Positions 43,027 through 55,597 of a DNA stretch of 64,000 bases are shown one piece after another. Source of the stretch: Octopus vulgaris (lineage: Eukaryota); contig OX597821.1 in assembly GCA_951406725.2 (NCBI GenBank), forward strand, positions 26,474,001 to 26,538,000, given 5' to 3'. The position numbers and the translations under genes were made by a program. A model generated the notes under the pieces. That model saw only the letters and a list, made by a program, of their open reading frames with translations, was not told the origin of the DNA and searched no databases. The first letter of the stretch is position 1. Every line of letters begins with the position of its first letter.

Positions 43027-44503
43027 GAAAGAGATGTACGATGGAGCTGTGAAGTTCGCAAAGGCTTTGATGAAACTAGGCATTAAAAAAAGAGACAAGA
43101 TTGCATTGTGTGTTCCTAACTGTGTAGAATGGATGAGCTACGATATTGGAATCATGATGACGGGAGCATATTCTATGAGATTAATGTTTGGATTAGCAGA
43201 TATGAAATCTATTATAAAAGGATGTAGTGCTGTTGTATTTGGATCCAAATCTATTTGGGACAATTTCTTATCCATTGCACAAATAAGCGATAATGGAAAA
43301 GTATCTTGCGAAGCGTGTCTAGATTTGAGGTTTGCCATTGATGTGTCCAATACACACAGACCAGCCAATGCTTTATCTGCTGCTAAATTGATGGCAGAAA
43401 TAAGTGACGATGACGAGGTTGAGTTTCCTTACATTGACCCGGAAGATATTGCATCCATCAATCAGACTTCAGGAAGCACTGGTGTGCCCAAAGGTATCTG
43501 TCACAGCCATTTTGAATGCTTAAACTTACCTGATTCAGATTTTAATGAGAGTTTCCGTTTTATCACATTTAGCGGTCGGCCAATGGGATATATTGGAGGA
43601 TATCCTTTGACTGCGGTAACTAGAGGAACATTGCATGTTAGTGGAGACGTAGAAATGTTGAATGATCCGAAGAACCTCGATTTTGTTATAAAGATATGGC
43701 AGAGTGAAGAATGTAACATGGTTGGTGTTGCACCACAAGATGTGAAGCGACTTAGCGACCGCGATTTCAGTGTCCCTATGTTAATGTCAAGTGGAGACAT
43801 GGTTACCCGGGATACAATAGAAAATGCTTTGAAGCTTACAGGTTATTTCATAGTTGTTTATGGAAGTACTGAATCTTTCACGGTATCGTACAAAGTTTAT
43901 ACTCCAGAAAACATTTCAGAACATCAACAAGGATTGCTCGGGCGACCAGTTGCAGGAACAGAAATCAAAATTGTTGACGAGGAGAAGAGGGTTGTAGATA
44001 TTGGAAAGACAGGCTATTTGTATTTTCGAAGTAAATGGATAGCAAAAACACATCTGGACGGCACCTCATGTTTAGAAAATGGTTGGTATCCAACATCAGA
44101 TGTTTGTTACTTAACTGAAGATGGTGACCTCATAATGGTTGGAAGAAGCACTGATTTTATTAAGAAGTGTACTGTAAAATTATCTATTAAACTTATTGAA
44201 GATTACATCGGACGTCATCCGAGTGTAGATGCTGTGGTTGTTGTACCAATCCCTGACCAGGCGGTTGGAGAACGTGTATGTGCGTGCGTTACCCTTCGGC
44301 CAAATCACGAGTTCAATGAAGAAGAATTGAAAAAGTTTTGTACGGAAACAATGCCGCATCCAGATGACTTTGATTGTGTATCGATGCACCCTGATTATAT
44401 TTTATATTTTCCTTCATTTCCATTTTTGCCCAGTGGCAAGTTTGACAGAAAGACTATAGCAAGTTTGGCCCTTAAGAAAATAAAAAAATGTAGTAATAAG
44501 TAA
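43027..44503 (+). CDS. Terminal exon cassette 1, AMP-binding enzyme (540 aa when spliced to the shared exon)
   Basis: Acceptor ttactttacAG|GAAAGAGATG. Open frame with P-loop QTSGSTGVPKG, YGSTE, GWYPTSD, GRxxDxIK and SGKFDRK. AATAAA at 44578-44583. Confidence 0.92.
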
Positions 44504-45058
44504 AAATTACCAAGATTAACAAACGTGTGTTTTAGATTTCCATGTTTAACATGTTAACGTGCTAAGGTTTCCTTCTAAATAAAAGCGACATGCTTCGTTA
44601 AATATATACATTTATATGTGTATGCTTACATACATATATACATTCATACATACATAGATATATATATACACACACACACATACATACATACATACATTCA
44701 TACATACATACATACATACATACATACACATATATATATATATATATATATGAATATAGGCCCGTAATGTCAAAGACTTATCCAATCTTTCCGTTCATTA
44801 AACTAATACACCTGTTCGTTGTACCGTCACCTGTCGTTGTCTTTTGTTTTTTGTACATTTGAACTATGTATTACATACTTTCACCTGCTTATCACAGTTT
44901 GATCCTACCTGACTGAACTTCCACCACTTATGGGCCGTCATCTCTCTCTTACCTTTTCCTCGAACCTTAGGTATCTATCCTCATCCACCTAACCATCAAC
45001 CCAAATGGATTACCATTGGGAGTTTCTACATTTTCCAACTCTACCACCATGGATCTTA

Positions 45059-45742
45059 GGTGTGTAACGTGTGATATTCGCATTGACCATGTCGGATGAA
45101 GCTGTTATGGCGAAACCCGCTCAAGATCTACAAAATTTGCAAAAGGTATATGGAGAGGGGTGTATGTGCCGCACACGAGTGTACAAGTGTTCCAGACGTT
45201 TCCAATATGGCCGAAAAAATGTCGATATTGATGAACGTTCTGGGAGACCAGCAGAACTGAGAAAAATATCGCAAATGTGCGTGAAGCTTTGAGGGAAAAT
45301 CATCGAATCACCATCCATGAGTTATGGGGCGCTGTGTAGATTAGTTACGGTTCAGTTTAGTCCGTTATCACCGACGATTTGGGTATGATACGCGTATCTC
45401 CCAAGATTGTGCGAAAACTGTTTTCAGCAGACCAAAAAGACACTCGGGTTTCAGTTGAATAAGATCTCTTTGACTGTGTCGAGAACGATGAAAACTTTTT
45501 TGAAAACTTTGCGTAGGCCTTTGAGCAGGTCTCACCAAGCTTTTGGCAAAACTTGATGCAGATTCTCTGCTCAACTTTCTCTATCATGGTCAGAGCGACG
45601 ATCACACACTACACACTTTCCTTCCAGGAACTGTTGTAAACAGGAACTAAGCTAGTATGTTAAAACTTAGTGCACATGCGCAGCAGAGTTCAAGGTCATT
45701 CTGTGCTAAGTAGCTTTACTCTGCGTTCTTCAGCTTCGTTAC
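45059..45742. mobile_element. Rearranged mariner relic between cassettes 1 and 2
   Basis: 45059-45325 parallels 41960-42230; 45500-45742 is an inverted 5' end encoding MIEKVEQRICIKFCQKLG. Confidence 0.8.
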
Positions 45743-46459
45743 TATAGCAAGACTTGATACTTATTGATCAGGCAACGCATGACAGAGCAGGTGACGTGCA
45801 ACGTTCATTGTACCTGTGTTTGTATGCCAATATATTTTCTTGTGTGTAGAAGCATAAACATTCATACTCGAGTCACGCTCATCTTAAATGTTTGGCGTAC
45901 TTATGGTCTATTAGAAATGGAAATCGATGTACATTGTTTATAAAGGAGGCTTACTGGTAGAGAAGTTGAAGCATCGGAAACAATGCCTCGTGGTATTTGC
46001 TGCTACTTTCTGTTTCTGAATTTAAATCGGATTGAGATGATTGTCATCCTTCCAAGATTAGTAAAAAGTTTCAGTCCCTCGTGGTAGATTTGTAGAACTG
46101 GGAAAATGTTGGCTCACATATCTTACAGGATTTGTTCTGTAAATATGTTTTTGCGTTCCGATTTTGTATCTCGAAACACTCTACTTGGCCGTAGATTTAA
46201 TCCTCCAAATGGTATCACTATCTGGCATCTTAGATGTCTGTAGCAGAGTCCGTTATTGTTCATACATTGAGGCAGACTCCAGATTGAGGATATCTACACC
46301 AATTTCTGGGCAGTCTTGCTTGCTAGATCAGTCAATTATCAACAAAATTCTCTGAGTCCTCTCAAGGAAATGCAAAAATGTTAAATATATATAATCTACT
46401 ATATTATGAAACTATGGATTTAGGAGCATATATGTTAAATATGTCACTTTACTTTACAG

Positions 46460-47918
46460 GAAAGAGATGTACGATGGAGCTGTGAAGTTCGCAAAGGCTT
46501 TGATGAAACTAGGCATCGAAAAAGGAGACAAGATTGCATTTTGTGTTCCTAACTGTGTGGAATGGATGAGCTACGATATTGGAATCATGATGACGGGAGC
46601 ATATTCTATAAGATTAATGTTTGGATTAGCAGATATGAAATCTATTATAAAAGGATGCAGTGCTGTTGTATTTGGATCCAAATCTATTTGGGACAGTTTT
46701 TTATCCATTGCACAAATAAAGGAAAATGGAAAAGTATTTTGCGAAGCGTGTCCAGATTTGAAGTTTGCCATTGATGTGTCCAATACACACAGACCAGCCA
46801 ATGCTTTATCTGCTGCTAAATTGATGGCAGAAATAAGTGACGATGACGAAGTTGAGTTTCCTTACATTGACCCAGAAGATATCGCATCCATTAATCAGAC
46901 TTCAGGAAGCACTGGTGTGCCCAAAAGTATCTGTCACAGCCATTTTGAATGCTTAAACTTACCTGATTCAGATTTTAATGAGAGTTCTCGTCTTATCAGG
47001 TTTAGTGGTCGGCCTATGGGATATATTGTAGGATATCCTTTGAATGTGGTAACCAGAGGATCATTGCATGTCAGTGGAGACGTAGAAATGTTGAATGATC
47101 CGAAGAACCTCGATTTTGTTATAAAGATATGGCAGAGTGAAGAATGTAACATGGTTAATGTTGCACCACAAGATGTGAAGCGACTTAGCGACCGCGATTT
47201 CCGTGTCAATATGATAACGTCAGGTGGAGACATGATTACCCGAGAAACAATAGAACATGCCTTGAAGGTTGCAGATTCCTTCTGTGTTGGTTATGGAAGT
47301 ACTGAATCTATTTTGGTATCTTCCAAAGTGTTTACTCTAGAAAACATTTCAGAACATCAACAAGGAATGCTCGGGCGACCAATTGCAGGAACGGAAATCA
47401 AAATTGTTGACGAGGAGAAGAGGGTCGTGGATATTGGAAAGACAGGCTATTTGTATTTTCGAAGTAAACATATAGCAAAAACATATCTGGATGGTACTTC
47501 GTGTTTAGAAAATGGTTGGTATCCAACATTAGATATTTGTTATTTAACTGAAGATGGTGATCTCATAATGGTTGGAAGAAGCACAGATCTTATTAAGAAG
47601 TGTACAGTAAAGCTATCTATTAAACTTATTGAAGATTACATCGGACGTCATCCGAGTGTAGATGCTGTGGTTGTTGTACCAATCCCTGACCAGGCAGTTG
47701 GAGAGCGTGTATGCGCGTGCGTTACCGTTCGGCCAAATCACGAGTTCAATGAAGAAGAATTGAAAAAGTTTTGTACGGAAACAATGCCGAATCCAGATAA
47801 CTTTGATTGTGTATCGATGCACCCTGATTATATTTTATATTTTCCTTCATTTCCACTTTTGGCCAGTGGCAAGTTTGACAGAAAGACTATAAAATGTTTG
47901 GCCCTTAAGAAGATATAA
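46460..47918 (+). CDS. Terminal exon cassette 2, AMP-binding enzyme (534 aa spliced)
   Basis: Same acceptor and phase; intact ORF with TSGSTGVPKS, YGSTE and SGKFDRK; AATAAA at 48014-48019. Confidence 0.88.
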
Positions 47919-48767
47919 AAAATATAGTAATAAGTAAATATAAATTACCAAGATTAACAGACGTGTTTTAGTTTTCCATGTTTAACATGTTAACGTGCTA
48001 AGGTTTCCTTCTAAATAAAGGCGACATGCATCGTTAAATATATACATTTATATGTGTGTCTGCTTAAATACATATATACATTCATACATACATAGATATA
48101 TACACACATACATACATACATACATAGATACATACGTATATATATATATGAATATAGGCCCGTAATATCAAAGACTTATCCAATCTTTCCGTGCATTAAA
48201 CTAATACACCTGTTCGTTGTTCCGTCACCTGTCTTTGTCTTTTGTTTTTTGTAAGTTTGAACTATGTATTACTTACTGTCACGGAAACAAAGCCACGTGG
48301 TATTTGTTGCTACTTTCTGTTTCTGAATTCAAATTCGATTGAGTTGATTATCATCCTTCCAAGATTAGTAAAAAGTTTCAGTCCCTGGTGGTAGATTTGT
48401 AGAACTGGGAAAATGTTGGCTCACATATCTTGCAGGATTTGTTTCTGTAAATATATTTTTGCGTTCCGATTTTGTATCGCGAAACACTCTACTTGGCCGT
48501 AGATTTAATCCTGAAACAGGTATCACCATCTGGCATCTTAGGTGTCTGTAGCAGAGTCCGCTCTTGTGCATACATTGGGTCAGTCTCCGGATTGAGGATA
48601 TCTACATCAATTTCTGGGCAGTTTTGCTTGCTAGATCAGTCAATTATCAACAAAATGCTCTGAGTCCTCTCAAGGAAATGCAGAAATATTAAGTATATAT
48701 AATCTGCTATATTATGCAACTATGTACTTAGGAGCATATATGTTAAATATACTACTTTTCTTTACAG

Positions 48768-50238
48768 GAAAGAGATCTACGATGGAGCTGTGAAGTTCGC
48801 AAAGGCTTTGATGAAACTAGGCATTGAAAAAGGAGACAAGATTGCATTTTGTGTTCCTAACTGTGTAGAATGGATGAGTTACGATATTGGAATCATGATG
48901 ACTGGAGCATATTCTATAAGATTAATGTTTGGATTAGCAGATATGAAATCTATTACAAAAGGATGTAGTGCTGTTGTATTCGGATCCAAATCTATTTGGG
49001 ACAGTTTCTTATCCATTGCACAAATAAAAGAAAATGGAAAAGTATCTTGCGAAGCGTGTCCAGATTTGAAGTTTGCCATTGATGTGTCCAATACACACAG
49101 ACCAGCCAATGCTTTATCTGCTGCTAAATTGATGGCAGAAATAAGTGACGATGACGAGGTTGAGTTTCCTTACATTGACCCAGAAGATATTGCATCCATT
49201 AATCAGACTTCAGGAAGCACTGGTGTGCCCAAAGGTATCTGTCACAGCCATTTTGAATATGTAAACTTACCTGATTCAGATTTTATTGAGAGTTCTCGTC
49301 TTATCATGTTTAGTGGTCGGCCAATGGGATACATTGGAGGATATCCTTTGAATGTGGTAACCAGAGGATCATTGCATGTTAGTGGAGACGTAGAAATGTT
49401 GAATGATCCGAAGAACCTCGATTTTGTTATAAAGATATGGCAGAGTGAAGAATGTAACATGGTTGGTGTTGCACCACAAGATGTGAAGCGACTTAGCGAC
49501 CGCGATTTCCGTGTCAATATGATAATGTCAGGTGGAGACATGATTACCCGAGAAACAATAGAACATGCCTTGAAGGTTGCAGATTCCTTCTTAGTTGGCT
49601 ATGGAAGTACTGAATCTATTTTCGTATCTTACAAAGTGTTTACTCTAGAAAACATTTCAGAACATCGACAAGGAATGCTCGGGCGACCACCTGCAGGAAC
49701 AGAAATCAAAATTGTTGACGAGGAGAAGAGAGTTGTGGATACTGGAAAGACAGGCTATTTGTATTTTCGAAGCAAATATATAGCAAAAACATATCTGGAT
49801 GGTACTTCATGTTTAGAAAATGGTTGGTATCCAACATCAGATATTTGTTACTTAACTGAAGATGGTGATCTCATAATGGTTGGAAGAAGCACAGATCTTA
49901 TTAAGAAGTGTACAGTAAAGCTATCTATTAAACTTATTGAAGATTACATCGGACGTCATCCGAGTGTAGATGCTGTGGTTGTTGTACCAATCCCTGACCA
50001 GGCCGTTGGAGAACGTGTATGCGCGTGCGTTACCCTTCTGCCAAATCACGAGTTCAAAGAAGAAGAATTGAAAAAGTTTTGCACGGAAACAATGCCGGAT
50101 CCAGATAACTTTGATTGTGTTTCGATGCACCCTGATTCTATTTTATATTTTCCTTCATTTCCACTTTTGGCCAGTGGCAAGTTTGACAGAAAGACTATAG
50201 CAAGTTTGGCCCTTAAGAAAATAAAAAACATGTTGTAA
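48768..50238 (+). CDS. Terminal exon cassette 3, AMP-binding enzyme (538 aa spliced)
   Basis: Acceptor tttctttacAG|GAAAGAGATC, so the internal ATG of the other copies is ATC here. Intact ORF; AATAAA at 50519-50524. Confidence 0.88.
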
Positions 50239-50298
50239 TAATTAAATTAATTTACCAAGATTAACAAACGTGTGTTATAGTTTTCCATGTTTAACATG

Positions 50299-50488
50299 GC
50301 ACAAATAAACGATAATGGAAAAGTATGTTGCGAAGCGTGTCCTGATTTGAAGTTTGCCATTGATATGTCCAATACACACAGACCAGCTAATGCTTTATCT
50401 GCTGCTAAATTGATGGCAGAAATATGTGACGATGATGCAGTTGAGTTTCCTAACATTGACCCAGAAGATATTGCATCCATCAATCAGA
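50299..50488 (+). pseudogene. ~190 bp internal fragment of the enzyme exon inserted in the 3' UTR of cassette 3
   Basis: Translates AQINDNGKVCCEACPDLKFAID...IDPEDIASINQ and interrupts the UTR motif TTTAACATG-TTAACGTGCT that is continuous in copies 1, 2, 5 and 6. Confidence 0.9.
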
Positions 50489-50665
50489 AGATGTTAAATG
50501 TGCTACGCTTTCCTTCTGAATAAAGGCGACATGCTTCGTTAAATATAGATTTATATGTGTGTATGCTTACATACATATATACATTCATACATACATAGAT
50601 ATATACACACACATATTTACATATACACATACATACATACATACACACATACATACCTAGATACA

Positions 50666-50701
<36 letters not shown>

Positions 50702-51329
50702 TATATAAATATGAATATAGGCCCGTAATATCAAAGACTTATCCAATCTTTCCGTGCATTAAACTAATACACCTGTTTGTTGTTCCGTCATCTGTCTTTG
50801 TCTTTTGTTTTCTGTACGTTTGAACTATGTATTACTTACTGTCACGGAAACAATGCCACGTGGTATTTGTTGCTACTTTCTGTTTCTGAATTCAAATCCG
50901 ATTGAGTTGATTATCATCCTTCCAAGATTAGTAAAAAGTTTCAGTCCCTGGCGGTAGATTTGTAGAACTGGGAAAATGTTGGCTCACATATCTTACAGGA
51001 TTTGTTCTGTAAATATATTTTTGCGTTCCGATTTTGTATCTCGAAATACTCTACTTAGCCGTAGATTTAATCCTGAAACAGGTGTCACCATCAGGCATCT
51101 TAGATGTATGTAGCAGAGTCCGCTCTTGTGCATACATTGGGTCAGTCTCCGGATTGAGTATATCTACATCAATTTCTGGTTAGTTTTGCTTGGTAGATCA
51201 GTCAATTATCAACAAAATTCTCTGAGTCCTCTCAAGGAAATGCAAAAATGTTAAATATATATAATCTACTATATTACGAATCTATGAATTTAGGAGCATA
51301 TATGTTAAATATGCTGCTTTTCTTTACAG

Positions 51330-52797
51330 GAAAGAGATGTGCGATGGAGCTGTGAAGTTCGCAAAGGCTTTGATGAAACTAGGCATTGAAAAAGGAGACA
51401 AGATTGCATTTTGTGTTCCTAACTGTGTAGAATGGATGAGCTACGATATTGGAATCATGATGACTGGAGCATATTCTATGAGATTAATGTTTGGATTAGC
51501 AGATATGAAATCTATTATAAAAGGATGTAGTGCTGTTGTATTTGGATCCAAATCTATTTGGGACAGTTTCTTATCCATTGCACAAATAAGCGATAATGGA
51601 AAAGTATCTTGCGTAGAGTGTCCAGATTTGAAGTTTGCCATTGATGTGTCCAATACACACAGACCAGCCAATGCTTTATCTGCTGCTAAATTGATGGCAG
51701 AAATAAGTGACGATGACGAGGTTGAGTTTCCTTACATTGACCCAGAAGATATTGCAACAATTATGCAGACTTCAGGAAGCACTGGTGTGCCCAAAGGTAT
51801 CTGTCACAGCCATTTTAATTACTTAAACTTTGCTGCTTCAGATTTTAATGAAAGTTATCAGTTTACCATATTTAGTGGTCGGCCAATGGGATATATTGGA
51901 GGATATCCTTCGACTGTGCTAACCAGAGGATCATTGCATATCACTGGAGATGTAGAAATGTTGAATGATCCGAAGAACCTCGATTTTGTTATAAAGATAT
52001 GGCAGAGTGAAGAATGTAACATGGTTGGAGTTGCACCCCAAGATGTAAAGCGACTTAGCGACCGCGATTTCCGTCTCAATATGCTAATGTCAGGTGGAGA
52101 CATGATTACCCGAGATATAATAGAAAATGCTTTGAAGGTTGCAGATTCATTCTTTGTTGGTTATGGAAGTACTGAATCTATTTTTGTATCTTACAAAATG
52201 TTTACTCCAGAAAACATTTCAGAACATCAACAAGGAATGATCGGGCGACCAGTTGGAGGAACAGAAATCAAAATTGTTGACGAGGAGAAGAGAGTTGTGG
52301 ATATTGGAAAGACAGGCTATTTGTATTTTCGAAGCAAATATATAGCAAAAACATATCTGGATGGCACTTCATGTTTAGAAAATGGTTGGTATCCAACATC
52401 AGATATTTGTTACTTAACTGAAGATGGTGATCTCATAATGGTTGGAAGAAGCACAGATTTTATTAAGAAGTGTACAGTAAAGCTATCTATTAAACTTATT
52501 GAAGATTACATCGGACGTCATCCGAGTGTAGATGCTGTGGTTGTTGTACCAATCCCTGACCAGGCAGTTGGAGAACGTGTATGCGCGTGCGTTACCCTTC
52601 TGCCAAATCACGAGTTCAATGAAGAAGAATTGAAAAAGTTTTGTACGGAAACAATGCCGGATCCAGATAACTTTGATTGTGTTTCGATGCACCCTGATTA
52701 TATTTTATATTTTCCTTCATTTCCACTTTTGGCCAGTGGCAAGTTTGACAGAAAGACTATAGCAAGTTTGGCCCTTAAGAAAATAAAAAACATGTAG
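51330..52797 (+). CDS. Terminal exon cassette 4, AMP-binding enzyme (537 aa spliced)
   Basis: Same acceptor and phase; intact ORF; AATAAA at 53082-53087. Confidence 0.88.
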
Positions 52798-52860
52798 TAA
52801 TAATTAAATTAATTTACCAAGATTAACAAACGTGTGTTATAGTTTTCCATGTTTAACATG

Positions 52861-53052
52861 GCACAAATAAACGATAATGGAAAAGTATGTTGCGAAGCGT
52901 GTCCTGATTTGAAGTTTGCCATTGATGTGTCCAATACACACACAGACCAGCTAATGCTTTATCTGCTGCTAAATTGATGGCAGAAATAAGTGACGATGAC
53001 GCAGTTGAGTTTCCTAACATTGACCCAGAAAATATTGCATCCATCAATCAGA
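52861..53052 (+). pseudogene. Same exon fragment in the 3' UTR of cassette 4 (2-nt CA insertion)
   Basis: Same junctions as 50299-50488. Confidence 0.9.
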
Positions 53053-53260
53053 AGATGTTAACGTGCTACGCTTTCCTTCTGAATAAAGGTGACATGCTTC
53101 GTTAAATATAGGTTTATATGTGTGTATGCTTACATACATATATACATTCATACATACATAGATATATACACATACATATACACATACATACATACATACA
53201 TACATACATACATACCTAGATACTCACATACATACCTAGGTACATACATACATACATACA

Positions 53261-53296
<36 letters not shown>

Positions 53297-53921
53297 TATA
53301 TATGAATATAGGCCCGTAATGTCAAAGACTTATCCAATCTTTCCGTTCATTAAACTAATACACCTGTTCGTTGTACCGTCACCTGTCTTTGTCTTTTGTT
53401 TTTTGTAAGTTTGAACTATGTATTACTTACTGTCACGGAAGCAATGTCTCGTGGTATTTGTTGCTACTTTCTGTTTCTGAATTCAAATCCGATTGAGTTG
53501 ATTATTATCCTTCCAAGATTAGTAAAAAGTTTCAGTCCCTGGTGGTAGGTTTGTAGAACTGGGAAAATGTTGGCTCACATATCTTGCAGGATTTCTTCTG
53601 TAAATATATTTTTGCGTTCTTATTTTGTATCTCGAAACACTCTACTTGACCGTAGATTTAATCCTGAAACAGGTATCACCATCTGGCATCTTAGATGTCT
53701 GTAGCAGAGTCCGCTCTTGTGCATACATTGGGGCAGACTCCAGATTGAGGATATCTACATCAATTTCTGGTTAGTTTTGCTTGCTAGATCAGTCAATTAT
53801 CAACAAAAATGCTCTGAGTCCTCTCAAGGAAATGCAGAAATATTAAGTATATACAATATACTATATTATGAAACTATGTACTTAGGAGCATATATGTTAA
53901 ATATACTACTTTTCTTTACAG

Positions 53922-55388
53922 GAAAGAGATGTACGATGGAGCTGCGAAGTTCGCAAAGTCTTTGATGAAATTAGGCATTGAAAAAGGAGACAAGATTGCA
54001 TTTTGTGTTCCTAACTGTGTAGAATGGATGAGCTACGATATTGGAATCATGATGACGGGAGCATATTCTATAAGATTAATGTTTGGATTAGCAGATATGA
54101 AATCTATTATAAAAGGATGCAGTGCTGTTGTATTTGGTTCCAAATCTATTTGGGACAGTTTCTTATCCATTGCACAAATAAGCGATAATGGAAAAGTATC
54201 TTGCAAAGCGTGTCCAGATTTGAAGTTTGCCATTGATATGTCCAATACACACAGACCAGCCAATGCTTTATCTGCTGCTAAATTGATGGCAGAAATAAGT
54301 GACGATGACGAGGTTGAGTTTCCTTACATTGACCCAGAAGATATTGTAGCAATCAATCAGACTTCAGGAAGCACTGGTGTGCCCAAAGGTATCTGTCACA
54401 GCCATTTTGAATGCTTAATCTCACATGATTCAGATTTTAATGAGAGTTCTCGTCTTATCATGTTTAGTGGTCGGCCAATGGGATATATTGGAGGATATCT
54501 CCTGAATGTGGTAACTAGAGGATCATTGCATGTCAGCGAGACGTAGAAATGTTGAATGATCCGAAAAACTTCGATTTTGTTATAAAGATATGGCAGAGTG
54601 AAGAATGTAACATGGTTGGTGTTGCACCACAAGATGTGAAGCGACTTAGCGACCGCGATTTCCGTGTCCCTACGTTATTGTCAAGTGGAGACATGATTAC
54701 ACGGGATACAATAGAAAATGCTTTGAAGGTTGCAGATTCATTCTTAGTTGTTTATGGAAGTACTGAATCTTTCACGGTATCGTACAAAGTTTTTACTCTA
54801 GAAAACATTTCAGAACATCAACAAGGAATGCTCGGGCGACCAGTTGCAGGAACGGAAATCAAAATTGTTGACGAGGAGAAGAGGGTTGTGGATATTGGAA
54901 AGACAGGCTATTTGTATTTTCGAAGTAAGCATATAGTAAAAACACATCTGGATGGTACTTCGTGTTTAGAAAATGGTTGGTATCCAACATCAGATGTTTG
55001 TTACTTAACTGAAGATGGTGATCTCATAATGGTTGGAAGAAGCACTGATTTTATTAAGAAGTGTACAGTAAAATTATCTATTAAACTTATTGAAGATTAC
55101 ATCGGACGTCATCCGAGTGTAGATGCTGTGGTTGTTGTACCAATCCCTGACCAGGCAGTTGGAGAACGTGTATGCGCCTGCGTTACCCTTCGGCCAGATC
55201 ACGAATTCAATGAAGTAGAATTGAAAAAGTTTTGTACGGAAACAATGCCGCATCCAGATGTCTTTGATTGTGTATCGATGCACCCTGATTATATTTTATA
55301 TTTTCCTTCATTTCCACTTTTGGCTAGTGGCAAGTTTGACAAAAAGACTATAGCAAGTTTGGCCCTTAAGAAAATATCAAAAATGTAG
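53922..55388 (+). pseudogene. Terminal exon cassette 5, frameshifted (pseudo-exon or sequencing error)
   Basis: Acceptor intact. A 1-nt deletion near 54537 (AGCGAGAC versus AGTGGAGAC in paralogs) splits it into ORFs 53929-54546 and 54549-55388. The conserved AATAAA is AATATA (55473-55478). Confidence 0.8.
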
Positions 55389-55556
55389 TAATAAGTAAAA
55401 ATTACCAAGATTAACAAACGTGTATTATAGTTTTCCATGTTTAACATGTTGACGTGCTAAGGTTTCCTTCTGAATATAGGTGACATGCTTCGTTAAATAT
55501 ATACATTTATATGTGTGTATGCTTACTTACATATATACATTCATACATAGATATAT

Positions 55557-55597
<41 letters not shown>

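Noticed and set aside
43027-55388. Array as a pure assembly artefact (haplotype stutter)
   Set aside because: The copies differ by many clustered substitutions, distinct tails and distinct spacer insertions. Long-read confirmation is still advisable.
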